Shown: one piece after another, positions 1 through 9,048 of the stretch
Numbering within the stretch: position 1 is the first letter of the stretch
How the letters are laid out: the number at the start of each line of letters is the position of its first letter
NCBI GenBank assembly: GCA_944373065.1
Contig: CALWAJ010000002.1
Span: forward strand, 1-46,567
DNA from: an uncultured Bacilli bacterium
GTDB lineage: Bacteria > Bacillota_I > Bacilli_A > RF39 > UBA660
Length of the DNA stretch: 46,567 bases
Direction of reading: 5' to 3'
Made by a program: the position numbers and the translations under genes
The notes under the pieces: generated by a model
The model's database searches: none
Seen by the model: the letters and a program-made list of their open reading frames with translations, nothing else
Told to the model about the DNA's origin: nothing

Positions 1-1
1 G

Positions 2-319
2 TCATTGAGATTAACTAATAGAGGAAAAGAAGATAGTCTTTCTTTTGATGAGAGAGTTATGGCATCTGTTTTAAAAGACCAGAGTTTTGTAAATGATGCT
101 GATATAAATATAGTTTGTGATAGAGAACTTGCTATGGCTCTTTATAAAAAGATTAGAGAATATCATCCTGATATTGATGATAAAACAGTTATTAAGTATT
201 TCGAGATAGCTTTAGATAATATTAGAAATATAGAAGTATCTGAAGAAAGAAAAGCTAGTAGAGCTAAAAGATTAGGTTTAAGTAAAAATTTTAATCGTTG
301 GAGCAGTATGAATATTTAA
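2..319 (+). CDS. hypothetical protein, 5' end outside window
   Basis: Frame is open from base 2 to TAA 317-319. The TTG at 5 has no Shine-Dalgarno, so the gene probably starts upstream of the window. No recognisable motif. Confidence 0.4.
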   Translation, partial: SLRLTNRGKEDSLSFDERVMASVLKDQSFVNDADINIVCDRELAMALYKKIREYHPDIDDKTVIKYFEIALDNIRNIEVSEERKASRAKRLGLSKNFNRWSSMNI

Positions 320-336
320 TAAATATAGGGGGACTT

Positions 337-1401
337 ATGAATAATATTTATAACTTTAGTAAATATAAAAAAACTCCTAAAAGTAATGTCATTAATCTAT
401 TATTAACAGATAAAATGAAATACTTTGAATTAGATGATAAAGACAAATACGATTATGAGACTGTAAAGACTATCTTTGATACCTATCCTTTTGATTATAA
501 TTATTTAAGAGAAGTATATCTTGATATTTATAATCATGTAAAAGAAGACTGGTCCTTTGAATTTCTCTTAAGATTTCATGATTTATCTAAAAGCTTTATC
601 AACGTAAAATTAAAGGATTATATCAAAGATGTTGATACTAAAGACATGGCCTCTAAAAAAGCTGAAGTAAATATCCTTGAATTTGAAATAGAATTAAGAA
701 AAAGAAAATATTTAAATGCTTTAGAGGAAATTGTTAATGACAATAATGGAGATTTAGGCCTAGGCTTTATTATCTTAAAAAACAATTTTTCCTATAGTGA
801 AGTTATATTAAATTATCTTACTAAAGCTCTTCTAAGTAAATTATTTTTAGATTTAGATATCGAAACATATTTACATACAAATTACGAAAGTTATGATGAA
901 ATAAAAGGTAAAGAAAAAAGTATCATTATGAATATCATAATATCTAAAGATGCAACTCTTGCTAATTACATTATGAATCATATAGGACTATTAAATGAGC
1001 TTTTATATGCTTTTGACTACATTAAAGATTTTTGGAATAGTTATATAAATAGAAATATGAGAGAAATCTATAAATATTTAACCGAAACTCTAGATAACTA
1101 TATTAATAGCCATAAAGAAAATTATCCTACTAAGGATGAGTATAATGAATTCGTCGAAACTGCTAGTTATGCATTTTATTTTACATCTAATGAATATGGC
1201 ATATTAGATGAACTTTATAAATATAAAAATGGTCCTGATACAGTAATGTTAGATTTTTTAAAACTAGAATTTGCAGATGATGAAGAAATTGAAAAAACTA
1301 AAGAATATCAATACTTTAAACAAGTAATGAACATAAAATTAAATAAAGTTACTGATATTGGTAAAAGAAAGAGTATGAATTTACAAAATAAAAATATTTA
1401 A
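337..1401 (+). CDS. hypothetical protein (orphan, 354 aa)
   Basis: Long ORF in the track frame 298..1401. Start moved to ATG 337 because AGGGGG (327-332) lies just upstream and the previous gene ends at 319. Asn/Lys/Tyr/Ile-rich with no recognisable domain. Confidence 0.6.
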   Translation: MNNIYNFSKYKKTPKSNVINLLLTDKMKYFELDDKDKYDYETVKTIFDTYPFDYNYLREVYLDIYNHVKEDWSFEFLLRFHDLSKSFINVKLKDYIKDVDTKDMASKKAEVNILEFEIELRKRKYLNALEEIVNDNNGDLGLGFIILKNNFSYSEVILNYLTKALLSKLFLDLDIETYLHTNYESYDEIKGKEKSIIMNIIISKDATLANYIMNHIGLLNELLYAFDYIKDFWNSYINRNMREIYKYLTETLDNYINSHKENYPTKDEYNEFVETASYAFYFTSNEYGILDELYKYKNGPDTVMLDFLKLEFADDEEIEKTKEYQYFKQVMNIKLNKVTDIGKRKSMNLQNKNI

Positions 1402-1519
1402 AGTTCATATAAATAGAACTATTTTTCATTATATAAAGAAAATGTTAAATAAAATAAACACATTAAAAAAATTAATTATACTATATAATATCTTTCGAAA
1501 GGTTAAAGTGGTGAATTAA

Positions 1520-2467
1520 ATGGAACATGAAGATTATAAAAATATATATGTAAAAACTGTCTTAAATGAAGTAAAGATGGCTGTTAATTGTAATAATATG
1601 GAATTAAGTGGTAAAAAAGAGATTGAAACAGACACTAAATTAAAAGCAGTTATAGGTGATTTGTTTTTTAATGAAGTTTATCTTTCTAATTCTTTAGGAA
1701 CTGCTGTTGATAATGAAGAATCAGAAAGAATAATTTCTACTTTAACAGTATATTATGCTGCTTTATATAACGATAACTTAGAATTGTTAAATGAAATTTT
1801 AGATAATAGAATTTATCTTGGTAATAATAGAAATAATTTAAATATAGCTATCCTTGATAAAAGAATTACTTCTAAATTTGCTAAAGATGAATATCTAAAA
1901 ATGCTAGAAAAAGAAAAAGATACTATTAGAGATTTCTATAAAGGTCTTTCTAAAAACAAAAAATATGATGATATGTTTTATATAGATAAATTTTCTAGTA
2001 TATTAAATAAAGTTATGAAAGAACTATTAGATGAAGATAAAGAAAGTGTTAATCCTTTCGAATATTTAGGAGCATTTGGTATAATTAAATCCCTAGACTA
2101 TTTAGAAGAAGAAGCAATAATCAATTCTAGCTTAAAACAAAAGGAATATATATTAAATAGCGTTGGTAATTATTTTCCAAAACTTGATCCCTATGATAGA
2201 AAGCGCATTAACGATTTAATTAAAAATACAAATATTGAGTTTAATTTAGATACAATTATTATGTTTTTATCTAAATTTAGCGATGAAGAGATTGTTAAAA
2301 TTGACAAGTTATTTAAAGAAAATAAATCTTTAGAAGATGCTTTTATCTTAAGACGGTTAAGCAATCTTCCTTTAAATAATGAAATATTGAAATTACAAGC
2401 ATTAATTTCTGATAATAGCAAGAGCAAAACTAAAAGAAAACGCATTTCTTTCTTCAGAAAACAATAA
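1520..2467 (+). CDS. hypothetical protein (orphan, 315 aa)
   Basis: Long ORF after a 118-nt AT-rich spacer containing a TATAAT box. No recognisable domain. Confidence 0.6.
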   Translation: MEHEDYKNIYVKTVLNEVKMAVNCNNMELSGKKEIETDTKLKAVIGDLFFNEVYLSNSLGTAVDNEESERIISTLTVYYAALYNDNLELLNEILDNRIYLGNNRNNLNIAILDKRITSKFAKDEYLKMLEKEKDTIRDFYKGLSKNKKYDDMFYIDKFSSILNKVMKELLDEDKESVNPFEYLGAFGIIKSLDYLEEEAIINSSLKQKEYILNSVGNYFPKLDPYDRKRINDLIKNTNIEFNLDTIIMFLSKFSDEEIVKIDKLFKENKSLEDAFILRRLSNLPLNNEILKLQALISDNSKSKTKRKRISFFRKQ

Positions 2468-2526
2468 TTAATATTTAAGAATCAATAAAAATATGTTATA
2501 ATCTACAAGTAGAAAGAAGGAGTAAT

Positions 2527-4149
2527 ATGGAAAAAATATATGTTTTTGGACATCGTAAACCTGATACAGATTCAGTAAGCGCAGCGATAAGTTATTCTTA
2601 TTTAAAAAAACAATTAGGCTATAATGTAGAGCCTCGCGTATTAAGTGCTATTAATAAAGAAACTAAATATGCTTTAAATTATTTTAATGTAAAAGAGCCA
2701 ATGTACTTAAATGATGTTAAGTTACAACTTAAAGATATCAATTATCATAAAGGATACTTTCTAAACGAAAAGAAATCTATCTTTGATAGTTATATCTATA
2801 TGCTTAATGAAGGTTTAACTGGTGTACCTATTGTTGATGATAAAAATAAATTTATGGGAATAGTAACTATTAAAGACTTAGCACATGCTTTTATCGATAT
2901 AAAAGTAGAAAATCTTGAAACTAGTTATGATAACTTACTTAATGTTTTAAATGCTGAAGAAGTAAATAGAGTAGATGATGAAATTATAGGTAATATCTTA
3001 GCAGCTTCATATCGTAGTACTACTTTTATAAATACAGTAAACCTAACTAGTAACGATATTTTAATAGTAGGAGATAGACATAGTGTTATTGAATATGCTG
3101 TTAAATCTAAAGTTAAAATGATAATATTATCAGGATTTAGCGAAATAAAAGATGAACATATTAAACTTGCTAAAGAAAATGGTGTTAATATCATTAGAAG
3201 TAGTTATGACACTTATCATATTGCTAAATTAATTAGTTTATCTAATTATATTAGAACTATGAGAAGAACTACTAAAGATGCAGTTTACTTTGATGAAAAT
3301 AGTTATGTAGATGATATATTAGATGTTAATAAGAAACTAAGACATACTAACTATCCTGTAATTAATGGTAGAACTGGTAAATGTTTAGGACTTTTAAGAA
3401 TAACAGATTTAGACTCTAAAAATCCTAAGAAAGTAATACTAGTTGACCATAATGAAGAAAAACAAAGTGCTGAAGGATTAAATGAAGCAGAGATTATAGA
3501 GATAGTAGATCATCATAACTTAAGTAGCCTATCAACTGCTAGTCCTATTAACTTTAGAAATATGGCAGTTGGGTCAAGTAATACAATTATCTATTCTTTA
3601 TATAAAGAAAGAAATATTGAGATACCTAAAGAAATAGCTGGTATGATGTTATCAGGAATTCTATCAGATACCTTAATATTAAAATCACCTACCACAACAG
3701 AATTAGATAGAAAAGCAGTCAAAGAATTATCTAGTATTGCTGAAGTTGATTATGAAGAGTATGGTCTTAACTTAATTAAGGCAGGTACTTCTCTTGAAGG
3801 AATGACTCACGAAGACGTTCTATATAATGACTTTAAACTATATACAGTAGATGATAAAACTTTAGGTATAGGGCAATTCTTTACAACTAACTTTGATGAA
3901 ATAGAAAAAGATATGGATGCTTATCTTGATACTTTAGATAGAGAAGCAGAAGGTAATAATTATTCACTAATCGCTTTATACATAACAGATATTATTAAGA
4001 ATGGTTCTTATGTTTTATTTAATAGAAAAGCTAAAGATATAATGGATAATGCCTATGATAAAGAAATGTGTGAAGGTGAATATTTACAAGACTGTGTTTC
4101 TCGTAAAAAGAATGTTGTACCAGTAATTATGGCAAGTTTTGAGAAATAG
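2527..4149 (+). CDS. ppaC: CBS-domain-containing family II (Mn-dependent) inorganic pyrophosphatase
   Basis: DHH-family motifs are present: GHRKPDTDSVSAA, VLVDHNE and IVDHHNL. A CBS/DRTGG-like segment is inserted between them, followed by a DHHA2-like C-terminus (GMMLSGILSDTLILKSPTTT). The 540-aa length is typical of CBS-PPases. GAAGGAG SD; TG-extended -10 tgttataat at 2494-2502. Confidence 0.9.
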   Translation: MEKIYVFGHRKPDTDSVSAAISYSYLKKQLGYNVEPRVLSAINKETKYALNYFNVKEPMYLNDVKLQLKDINYHKGYFLNEKKSIFDSYIYMLNEGLTGVPIVDDKNKFMGIVTIKDLAHAFIDIKVENLETSYDNLLNVLNAEEVNRVDDEIIGNILAASYRSTTFINTVNLTSNDILIVGDRHSVIEYAVKSKVKMIILSGFSEIKDEHIKLAKENGVNIIRSSYDTYHIAKLISLSNYIRTMRRTTKDAVYFDENSYVDDILDVNKKLRHTNYPVINGRTGKCLGLLRITDLDSKNPKKVILVDHNEEKQSAEGLNEAEIIEIVDHHNLSSLSTASPINFRNMAVGSSNTIIYSLYKERNIEIPKEIAGMMLSGILSDTLILKSPTTTELDRKAVKELSSIAEVDYEEYGLNLIKAGTSLEGMTHEDVLYNDFKLYTVDDKTLGIGQFFTTNFDEIEKDMDAYLDTLDREAEGNNYSLIALYITDIIKNGSYVLFNRKAKDIMDNAYDKEMCEGEYLQDCVSRKKNVVPVIMASFEK

Positions 4150-4198
4150 TATAGTTTGTAGTCTAAACTATACTATTTTTTTAAAGGAGGTTTTGCTT

Positions 4199-4918
4199 GT
4201 GAAAGATGTTATAACTTGTAAAGATATATTAGACTGTTTTTTGAAAAAAAAATCTACTGAAGACGAGATAGTACCTAGTCAAGATGAAAGATTTAAAATT
4301 TTAGAAGAAAACAAGGCAGATATTGAAGTATATAAGTATTTAAAAGAAAAACTAAAGAATTTAACTATAGAAGTTTGTGGTGATTACGAGGGCTTAGTTT
4401 TAGATTTAATGAGTTGTAGAGCTTTAGAAGGCTGGTGTTGGCAAACTACCGAAAGTTCCATAGTATTTCTTAATAATGATGATTATATAGAAAGAGGAAA
4501 TTTAATATTTGATCAATACAAAGAATATTGGCATTCTTGGATTAATTTTCATTATAGAGATAATGAATATACTTTTGATCCATGTTTAAATATTTTGTGT
4601 GATAAAAAAATATATCAAGAAGTTTTTGAAACAGAGGTAAGAGGAATTGTTAACGCTAACGAAGTAAGAGGTGAATTAATAAATGCTATTTTAAATCCTA
4701 AACCTAAGAAAATAGACAATTCTCCTAGTGCTATACTTGTAGAAGAATTTATGAAAAAATATTTTAGAGATTCTTTGGAAAGACAAAAAAATGAGACATT
4801 GATTACAGGTAACGATGATGTGAGTTCACCAATGTACAGAAATAATACGGGATATAAAGCTAAAATTGAAGATGGTAAAATAAAAAAACTAGTTGCTCAT
4901 TTTTATTCAAATGGATAG
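4199..4918 (+). CDS. hypothetical protein with Cys...His...Asp pattern (possible transglutaminase/papain-like fold)
   Basis: Start moved from the track's 4139 to GTG 4199, because AGGAGG (4185-4190) sits 8 nt upstream and 4139 would overlap ppaC. Pattern EGWCWQT ... YWHSWINF ... YTFDPC has the spacing of a Cys-His-Asp triad. This is inference only. Confidence 0.6.
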   Translation: MKDVITCKDILDCFLKKKSTEDEIVPSQDERFKILEENKADIEVYKYLKEKLKNLTIEVCGDYEGLVLDLMSCRALEGWCWQTTESSIVFLNNDDYIERGNLIFDQYKEYWHSWINFHYRDNEYTFDPCLNILCDKKIYQEVFETEVRGIVNANEVRGELINAILNPKPKKIDNSPSAILVEEFMKKYFRDSLERQKNETLITGNDDVSSPMYRNNTGYKAKIEDGKIKKLVAHFYSNG

Positions 4919-5029
4919 TGTTTAGATGTGTCTAACATGTTTTTAGTTCTTTTATTTCTATATTTTTAATATTATAACTGGCTAGTAGAAAAAGGTTAAT
5001 TATGTAAGATATTATTAATACAATTATTT
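4917..5029. repeat. Direct repeat copy A: decayed duplicate of the uppP upstream region and first codons
   Basis: Aligns by eye with 6355-6467 at roughly three quarters identity with a few indels. The last 24 nt (agatattattaatacaattattt) are identical. In copy A the uppP ATG is followed directly by TAA (atgtaagat versus atgacagat). Confidence 0.8.
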
Positions 5030-5310
5030 ATGTATACTGTCTAATTTTTATTTATTTGTATTGACACGATTTATCTATTATGATACCTTATAGATAGAAG
5101 AGGTGATACATAAAAGTTGGGGAATGGAGAAATTTTAAATTTTTTGAAAAAAGTATGAATTTTGTAATTTGGAGAAGTTTTGGATATAAATATTTAAAAT
5201 TCCTCTAGAGAAAATAGTAAATTGAGGACTTATTTTTCTTGAATTTTGAAAATTGCCTTTTTGCATTAGTTTATAGACTGTGTTATAAGTAGTGCAGAAG
5301 GAGGAAGAAT

Positions 5311-6129
5311 ATGAATAAAGTTCCAAGGTTTATTTCCTTATTAGCAGATACAACTGCTAAAGCTTTACTTAAAGATAAACACTATAGCTGGTTCTATGAG
5401 GAAATTATTAAATATAAAACTAGTATTGACTTAAAGAAATATAAGCTAGTTGATCCAGAAATGAATACTGGTAATAAAGTTAAAGATTATAGAGCAGATT
5501 TAATTTATGAAAAAGGAAAACAAATTATTAATCTTGAATTAAATCAATTTGTTTACAAATATACTTTAACAAAGAATCTATACTATGCTTTAAGATTAGC
5601 AGGTTATGGATATTTAAGTGGTAAAGATTTTGATGAAAGATATGTAACCCAAATCAATTTAAACAATAAAATAATAAATGACGGGAAGAAAGGTAATAGT
5701 TTAATAAATTATAAGTTGCAAGATCCCAAATATGCAAAAATATTAAAAAATTTAAATATTATAGATATATATCTTTTAAATTACAAAGGAATAAGATATA
5801 ATGGAACTAACAAATATGAAACGTACTTATCTATGTTAACAGCAAACTCTTACGAAGAGATGGAAGAAATAATAGGTGATTTAGAAGAAGGGAGAATAAT
5901 TATGGAAAAGTTAAAAGAATTAGGATTAGATGATAAATTTGGAATGCTTTATGATGCAGAGATAGTACAAAAGAAAGAAGTAAATTCTGCTAGAAGTGAA
6001 GGCAGAAAAGAAGGTGCTAAAGAAAGAGAAAAATCTATCGCTAAAGCAATGTTAAAAGCCGGAGAAAGCGTTAGTAAAATAATGAGTTACACTGGATTAA
6101 AGAAAAAAGATATTCAATTGTTAAGGTGA
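5311..6129 (+). CDS. Rpn/YhgA-like PD-(D/E)XK recombination-promoting nuclease / putative transposase
   Basis: N-terminal LADTTAKALLKD, nuclease-core-like YRADLIYEKGKQIINLELNQ, and the family-typical C-terminal tail EGRKEGAKEREKSIAKAMLKAGESVSKIMSYTGLKKKDIQLL. GAAGGAGG SD lies upstream of ATG 5311. Confidence 0.6.
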   Translation: MNKVPRFISLLADTTAKALLKDKHYSWFYEEIIKYKTSIDLKKYKLVDPEMNTGNKVKDYRADLIYEKGKQIINLELNQFVYKYTLTKNLYYALRLAGYGYLSGKDFDERYVTQINLNNKIINDGKKGNSLINYKLQDPKYAKILKNLNIIDIYLLNYKGIRYNGTNKYETYLSMLTANSYEEMEEIIGDLEEGRIIMEKLKELGLDDKFGMLYDAEIVQKKEVNSARSEGRKEGAKEREKSIAKAMLKAGESVSKIMSYTGLKKKDIQLLR

Positions 6130-6161
6130 GAAGAATAATTATAGAGAAGTTGAAACAGCTA

Positions 6162-6275
6162 GGTAAAGAAAGAGAAAAATCCATTGCTAAAACTATACTT
6201 TCCAAAATGATGAATATACATTTAATTAGTGAAATAACAGGATTATCTAAGAAACAAATAACTACTTTGATATAG
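6162..6275 (+). pseudogene. Out-of-frame remnant duplicating the Rpn-like C-terminal tail
   Basis: Translates as GKEREKSIAKTILSKMMNIHLISEITGLSKKQITTLI*, parallel to KEREKSIAKAMLKAGESVSKIMSYTGLKKKDIQLLR* of 5311..6129. At DNA level aaagaaagagaaaaatc is shared. It has no start codon and is in a different frame from the main gene. Confidence 0.6.
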
Positions 6276-6286
6276 CCAAGTAAATA

Positions 6287-6333
6287 AAGGGACTGAGTAA
6301 AAAATAAAAATATTATTTTTACTCAGTCCCTTT
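6287..6333 (+). terminator. Rho-independent terminator
   Basis: Perfect 18-bp inverted repeat aaagggactgagtaaaaa / tttttactcagtcccttt with an 11-nt loop, followed by T-rich sequence. Confidence 0.85.
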
Positions 6334-6354
6334 ATTAATTTAATATAAGTTTCT

Positions 6355-6467
6355 AGTGTTTATAAATGTCTAATATGTTTATTCTACTTTCTTTTATTAT
6401 ATTTTAATGATATACTTATTAGAAGAAAAGAGGTTTATTATGACAGATATTATTAATACAATTATTT
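6355..6467. repeat. Direct repeat copy B: functional uppP promoter/RBS/first codons
   Basis: Partner of 4917-5029. Includes the uppP SD and ATG 6440. Confidence 0.8.
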
Positions 6468-7255
6468 TGGGAATTATTCAGGGGATTGCCGAGTTTTTAC
6501 CTATTTCAAGTAGTGCTCATCTAATTGTTTTTAGAGATCTTTTTGGAATAGGAGCTGATATGTCTAGTAAAGTTGCTTTATGTTTTGATTTAGCTCTACA
6601 TTTAGGTACTTTGTTAGCGATAGCTGTTTTCTTCTTTAAGGATTTCTTAAACATGGTTATAAAAGGTGTTACCAAGGGAGTTAAAGATAAAGATGGTAAA
6701 TTATTTTGGAAAATAGTGGTTGCAACTATTCCTGCTGCTATCGTAGGTGTTTTATTTGAAGAAACAATAGAAAATGCTATTAGAACTAATTACTTATTAA
6801 TTGCTACTGCTCTAATAGTTATGGGTGTTATCATTTATTTAGTAGATAAAAATAGCAAGGAAGAGAAGACTACAAAAGAAATATCTTTTAAAGATGCTTT
6901 TATTATTGGATGTTCTCAAGTCTTTGCACTAATACCAGGATTTTCTCGTAGTGGTACTACTATCGCTAGTGCAAGAGCCTTAAAAGTAGATAGAGAAAGC
7001 GCTGCTAAGTTTTCATTTTACTTATCAGCACCTGTTGTTCTTGGAGCTTGCATTCTTCAATTACTTGATGATGGGGCAGTAGAATTAATAATGCAAAATG
7101 CAACTATCTTTATTTTGGGAATTGTTGTATCATTTGTTACTGGTTTAATTTGTATTAAGTTCTTATTACAATATCTTAAGAAACATGACTTTAAATTATT
7201 CATGATTTATCGTATTATCCTTGCTATAATTGTTATTTTAACCGTTATATTTTGA
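6440..7255 (+). CDS. uppP: undecaprenyl-diphosphate phosphatase
   Basis: BacA/UppP motifs GIIQGIAEFLPISSSAHL and PGFSRSGTTI; polytopic membrane protein. Start set to ATG 6440 (MTDIINT), preceded by AAGAGG. Confidence 0.9.
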   Translation: MTDIINTIILGIIQGIAEFLPISSSAHLIVFRDLFGIGADMSSKVALCFDLALHLGTLLAIAVFFFKDFLNMVIKGVTKGVKDKDGKLFWKIVVATIPAAIVGVLFEETIENAIRTNYLLIATALIVMGVIIYLVDKNSKEEKTTKEISFKDAFIIGCSQVFALIPGFSRSGTTIASARALKVDRESAAKFSFYLSAPVVLGACILQLLDDGAVELIMQNATIFILGIVVSFVTGLICIKFLLQYLKKHDFKLFMIYRIILAIIVILTVIF

Positions 7256-7269
7256 GGAGGTAGTGCATC

Positions 7270-8283
7270 GTGCTAGATAAATCATTTAAAGAACTATGTG
7301 ATGGTATTAAAAAAGATATTAAAGACACGCAGTTAGAAATTATGGTAAATGCTAATACTAATTTAGTTAATCTGTATTATAGAATAGGGAAAACATTAGA
7401 TGAAAATAGTAAATGGGGAAATAAATTTGTAGAAACTGTGGCTTTCGAACTTAAAAATACATTTCCTACTTTAAAAGGGTTTTCCGTTCGTAATTTAAAG
7501 TATATGAAAGCATTTTATAATGAATATAAAGATGATGCTGAATTTGTGCACTGTTTAAACTGTGCACAATTGCCTTGGAAACACAATATTACTTTAATTC
7601 AAAAAGTAAAAGATAAAAATATTCGTAAATGGTATATGGAAAAATGTTTTGAAGAAGGATGGTCAAAGAATGTTTTAATATATCAGATAGATACTGATTT
7701 ATATAAAAGACAGGTAGAAAATAAAAAACACAATAATTTCAAGTTAACTTTAAAAGAAAATAGTGATCTTGTTAATAACATTATGAAAGAACCTTATGTA
7801 TTTGATTTAATAGAATTAACTGAAGATTATAAGGAAAGAGAATTAGAGAATAAAATGTTAGAACGCTTAAAAAATGTTCTATTAGAATTAGGTAGTGGTT
7901 TTTCCTTTGTTGGCAATCAATATAAAATCACTGTTGATAATGAAGATTTCTATATTGATTTGTTATTCTATCATATTAAACTTAAATGTTATGTGGCAAT
8001 AGAACTTAAAGTAGGCAAGTTTAAACCTGAATTTGGTAGTAAAATGGGCTTTTATTTAACTGCGTTAGATGAACAAATTAAAGATGATAATGATAATCCT
8101 TCTATTGGTATAATTTTGTGTTCTAGTAAAAGCAACAAAATAGTAGATTATACTTTAAAATATATTAATAAACCACTAGGAGTTAGTGAATATAAAATCT
8201 TTAATGAACTCCCTAATAATTTACTAAAAGATTTTCCAACAGAAGATGAATTAAACTTATATATGGATATAGATGAGGAGTGA
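7270..8283 (+). CDS. YhcG-like PD-(D/E)XK nuclease domain protein (DUF1016)
   Basis: DUF1016-type N-terminus (NLVNLYYRIGKTL, GFSVRNLKYMKAFY). C-terminal nuclease core FYIDLLFYHIKLKCYVAIELKVGKF and PSIGIILC. GTG start lies 9 nt after GAGGAGG. Confidence 0.8.
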   Translation: MLDKSFKELCDGIKKDIKDTQLEIMVNANTNLVNLYYRIGKTLDENSKWGNKFVETVAFELKNTFPTLKGFSVRNLKYMKAFYNEYKDDAEFVHCLNCAQLPWKHNITLIQKVKDKNIRKWYMEKCFEEGWSKNVLIYQIDTDLYKRQVENKKHNNFKLTLKENSDLVNNIMKEPYVFDLIELTEDYKERELENKMLERLKNVLLELGSGFSFVGNQYKITVDNEDFYIDLLFYHIKLKCYVAIELKVGKFKPEFGSKMGFYLTALDEQIKDDNDNPSIGIILCSSKSNKIVDYTLKYINKPLGVSEYKIFNELPNNLLKDFPTEDELNLYMDIDEE

Positions 8284-8289
8284 TAACTT

Positions 8290-9039
8290 ATGCAAAATAC
8301 ACTTGCTTTATTTATAACATTTCTTTTAGGATTTTTTATCCTTATTGGTGTTATAATAGCATTTTTCTTAAAAAAACAACAAAAAGTCTTAGATTTTATC
8401 TTTGCTTTTGCCTTTTCTCTACTTACAATGTTAATATTAGTAGATTTATTAGGTCATACTATTGAGCATCTTGGTATAACTCATATCTATCTTTTTATTC
8501 TCTTTACTTGTCTTGGCCTACTAATTTTCAAAATAATAGATGATTTAATTCCTGAACATGATGATAGTAAAATGAATAAAAAAGAAGTTAAAAAGAATAT
8601 TGTTCATATTGGCCTTCTTGCTACTATTGCCCTTATAATTCATAATTTTGTAGAAGGTATGGCTATCTATTTAACAAGTGCTAGTGATATAAATTTAGGT
8701 ATAATGATGGCTTTGGGAGTAGGTCTTCATAATATTCCTTTAGGAATAATTATTACTACGGCCTTAAATAGTGATTCTAATATTAAAAAATATGTCTTTT
8801 GTATAATTTCCTTATTTATTTCAAGCTTTATTGGTGGCCTAGTACTATTCCTTCTAAATATTAACACAGTTAGTGATGTTGTAATAGGTTCATTACTAGC
8901 TCTAACTATTGGTATGCTTCTATACATAATAATATTTGAATTATATCCTAAAGTTAAGAAGACAAAGAACAAAAAAATTACTACTATTGGTCTAATAACA
9001 GGTATTATCATTTCCCTTATTGGTATGTTACTAGGATAG
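8290..9039 (+). CDS. ZIP family metal cation transporter
   Basis: HNFVEGMAIY and GLHNIPLG motifs; multi-pass membrane protein. GAGGAG SD lies 9 nt upstream. Confidence 0.8.
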   Translation: MQNTLALFITFLLGFFILIGVIIAFFLKKQQKVLDFIFAFAFSLLTMLILVDLLGHTIEHLGITHIYLFILFTCLGLLIFKIIDDLIPEHDDSKMNKKEVKKNIVHIGLLATIALIIHNFVEGMAIYLTSASDINLGIMMALGVGLHNIPLGIIITTALNSDSNIKKYVFCIISLFISSFIGGLVLFLLNINTVSDVVIGSLLALTIGMLLYIIIFELYPKVKKTKNKKITTIGLITGIIISLIGMLLG

Positions 9040-9048
9040 GTGATGACT

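Larger units (their letters stand above)
5030..6354 (+). mobile_element. Probable insertion carrying an Rpn/YhgA-like gene, bounded by ~113-bp imperfect direct repeats
   Basis: The segment between repeat copies A and B holds one PD-(D/E)XK transposase-like gene, a remnant of a second copy of its 3' tail, and a strong terminator. Confidence 0.45.

Noticed and set aside
4139-4198. N-terminal extension of the 4199..4918 gene as given in the track (start at 4139).
   Set aside because: It would overlap the end of ppaC, and it places AGGAGG inside the coding region. GTG 4199 has canonical SD spacing.
5242-5254. CodY-like palindrome AATTTTGAAAATT upstream of the Rpn-like gene.
   Set aside because: The centre is 1 nt rather than the 3 nt of the AATTTTCWGAAAATT consensus. 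AT-only palindromes of this length are expected by chance in this genome.
6100-6129. Programmed -1 frameshift at the A6 run of the Rpn-like gene, to read into the second tail copy.
   Set aside because: The zero frame already completes the family-typical tail (TGLKKKDIQLLR*). Shifting at the run would destroy that motif, and the run is not a canonical X XXY YYZ site in the zero frame. A remnant duplication is the simpler explanation.
8280-8465. 61-codon + strand ORF overlapping the start of the ZIP transporter gene.
   Set aside because: It is out of frame with, and almost entirely inside, the ZIP gene, which has clear family motifs and a proper SD.
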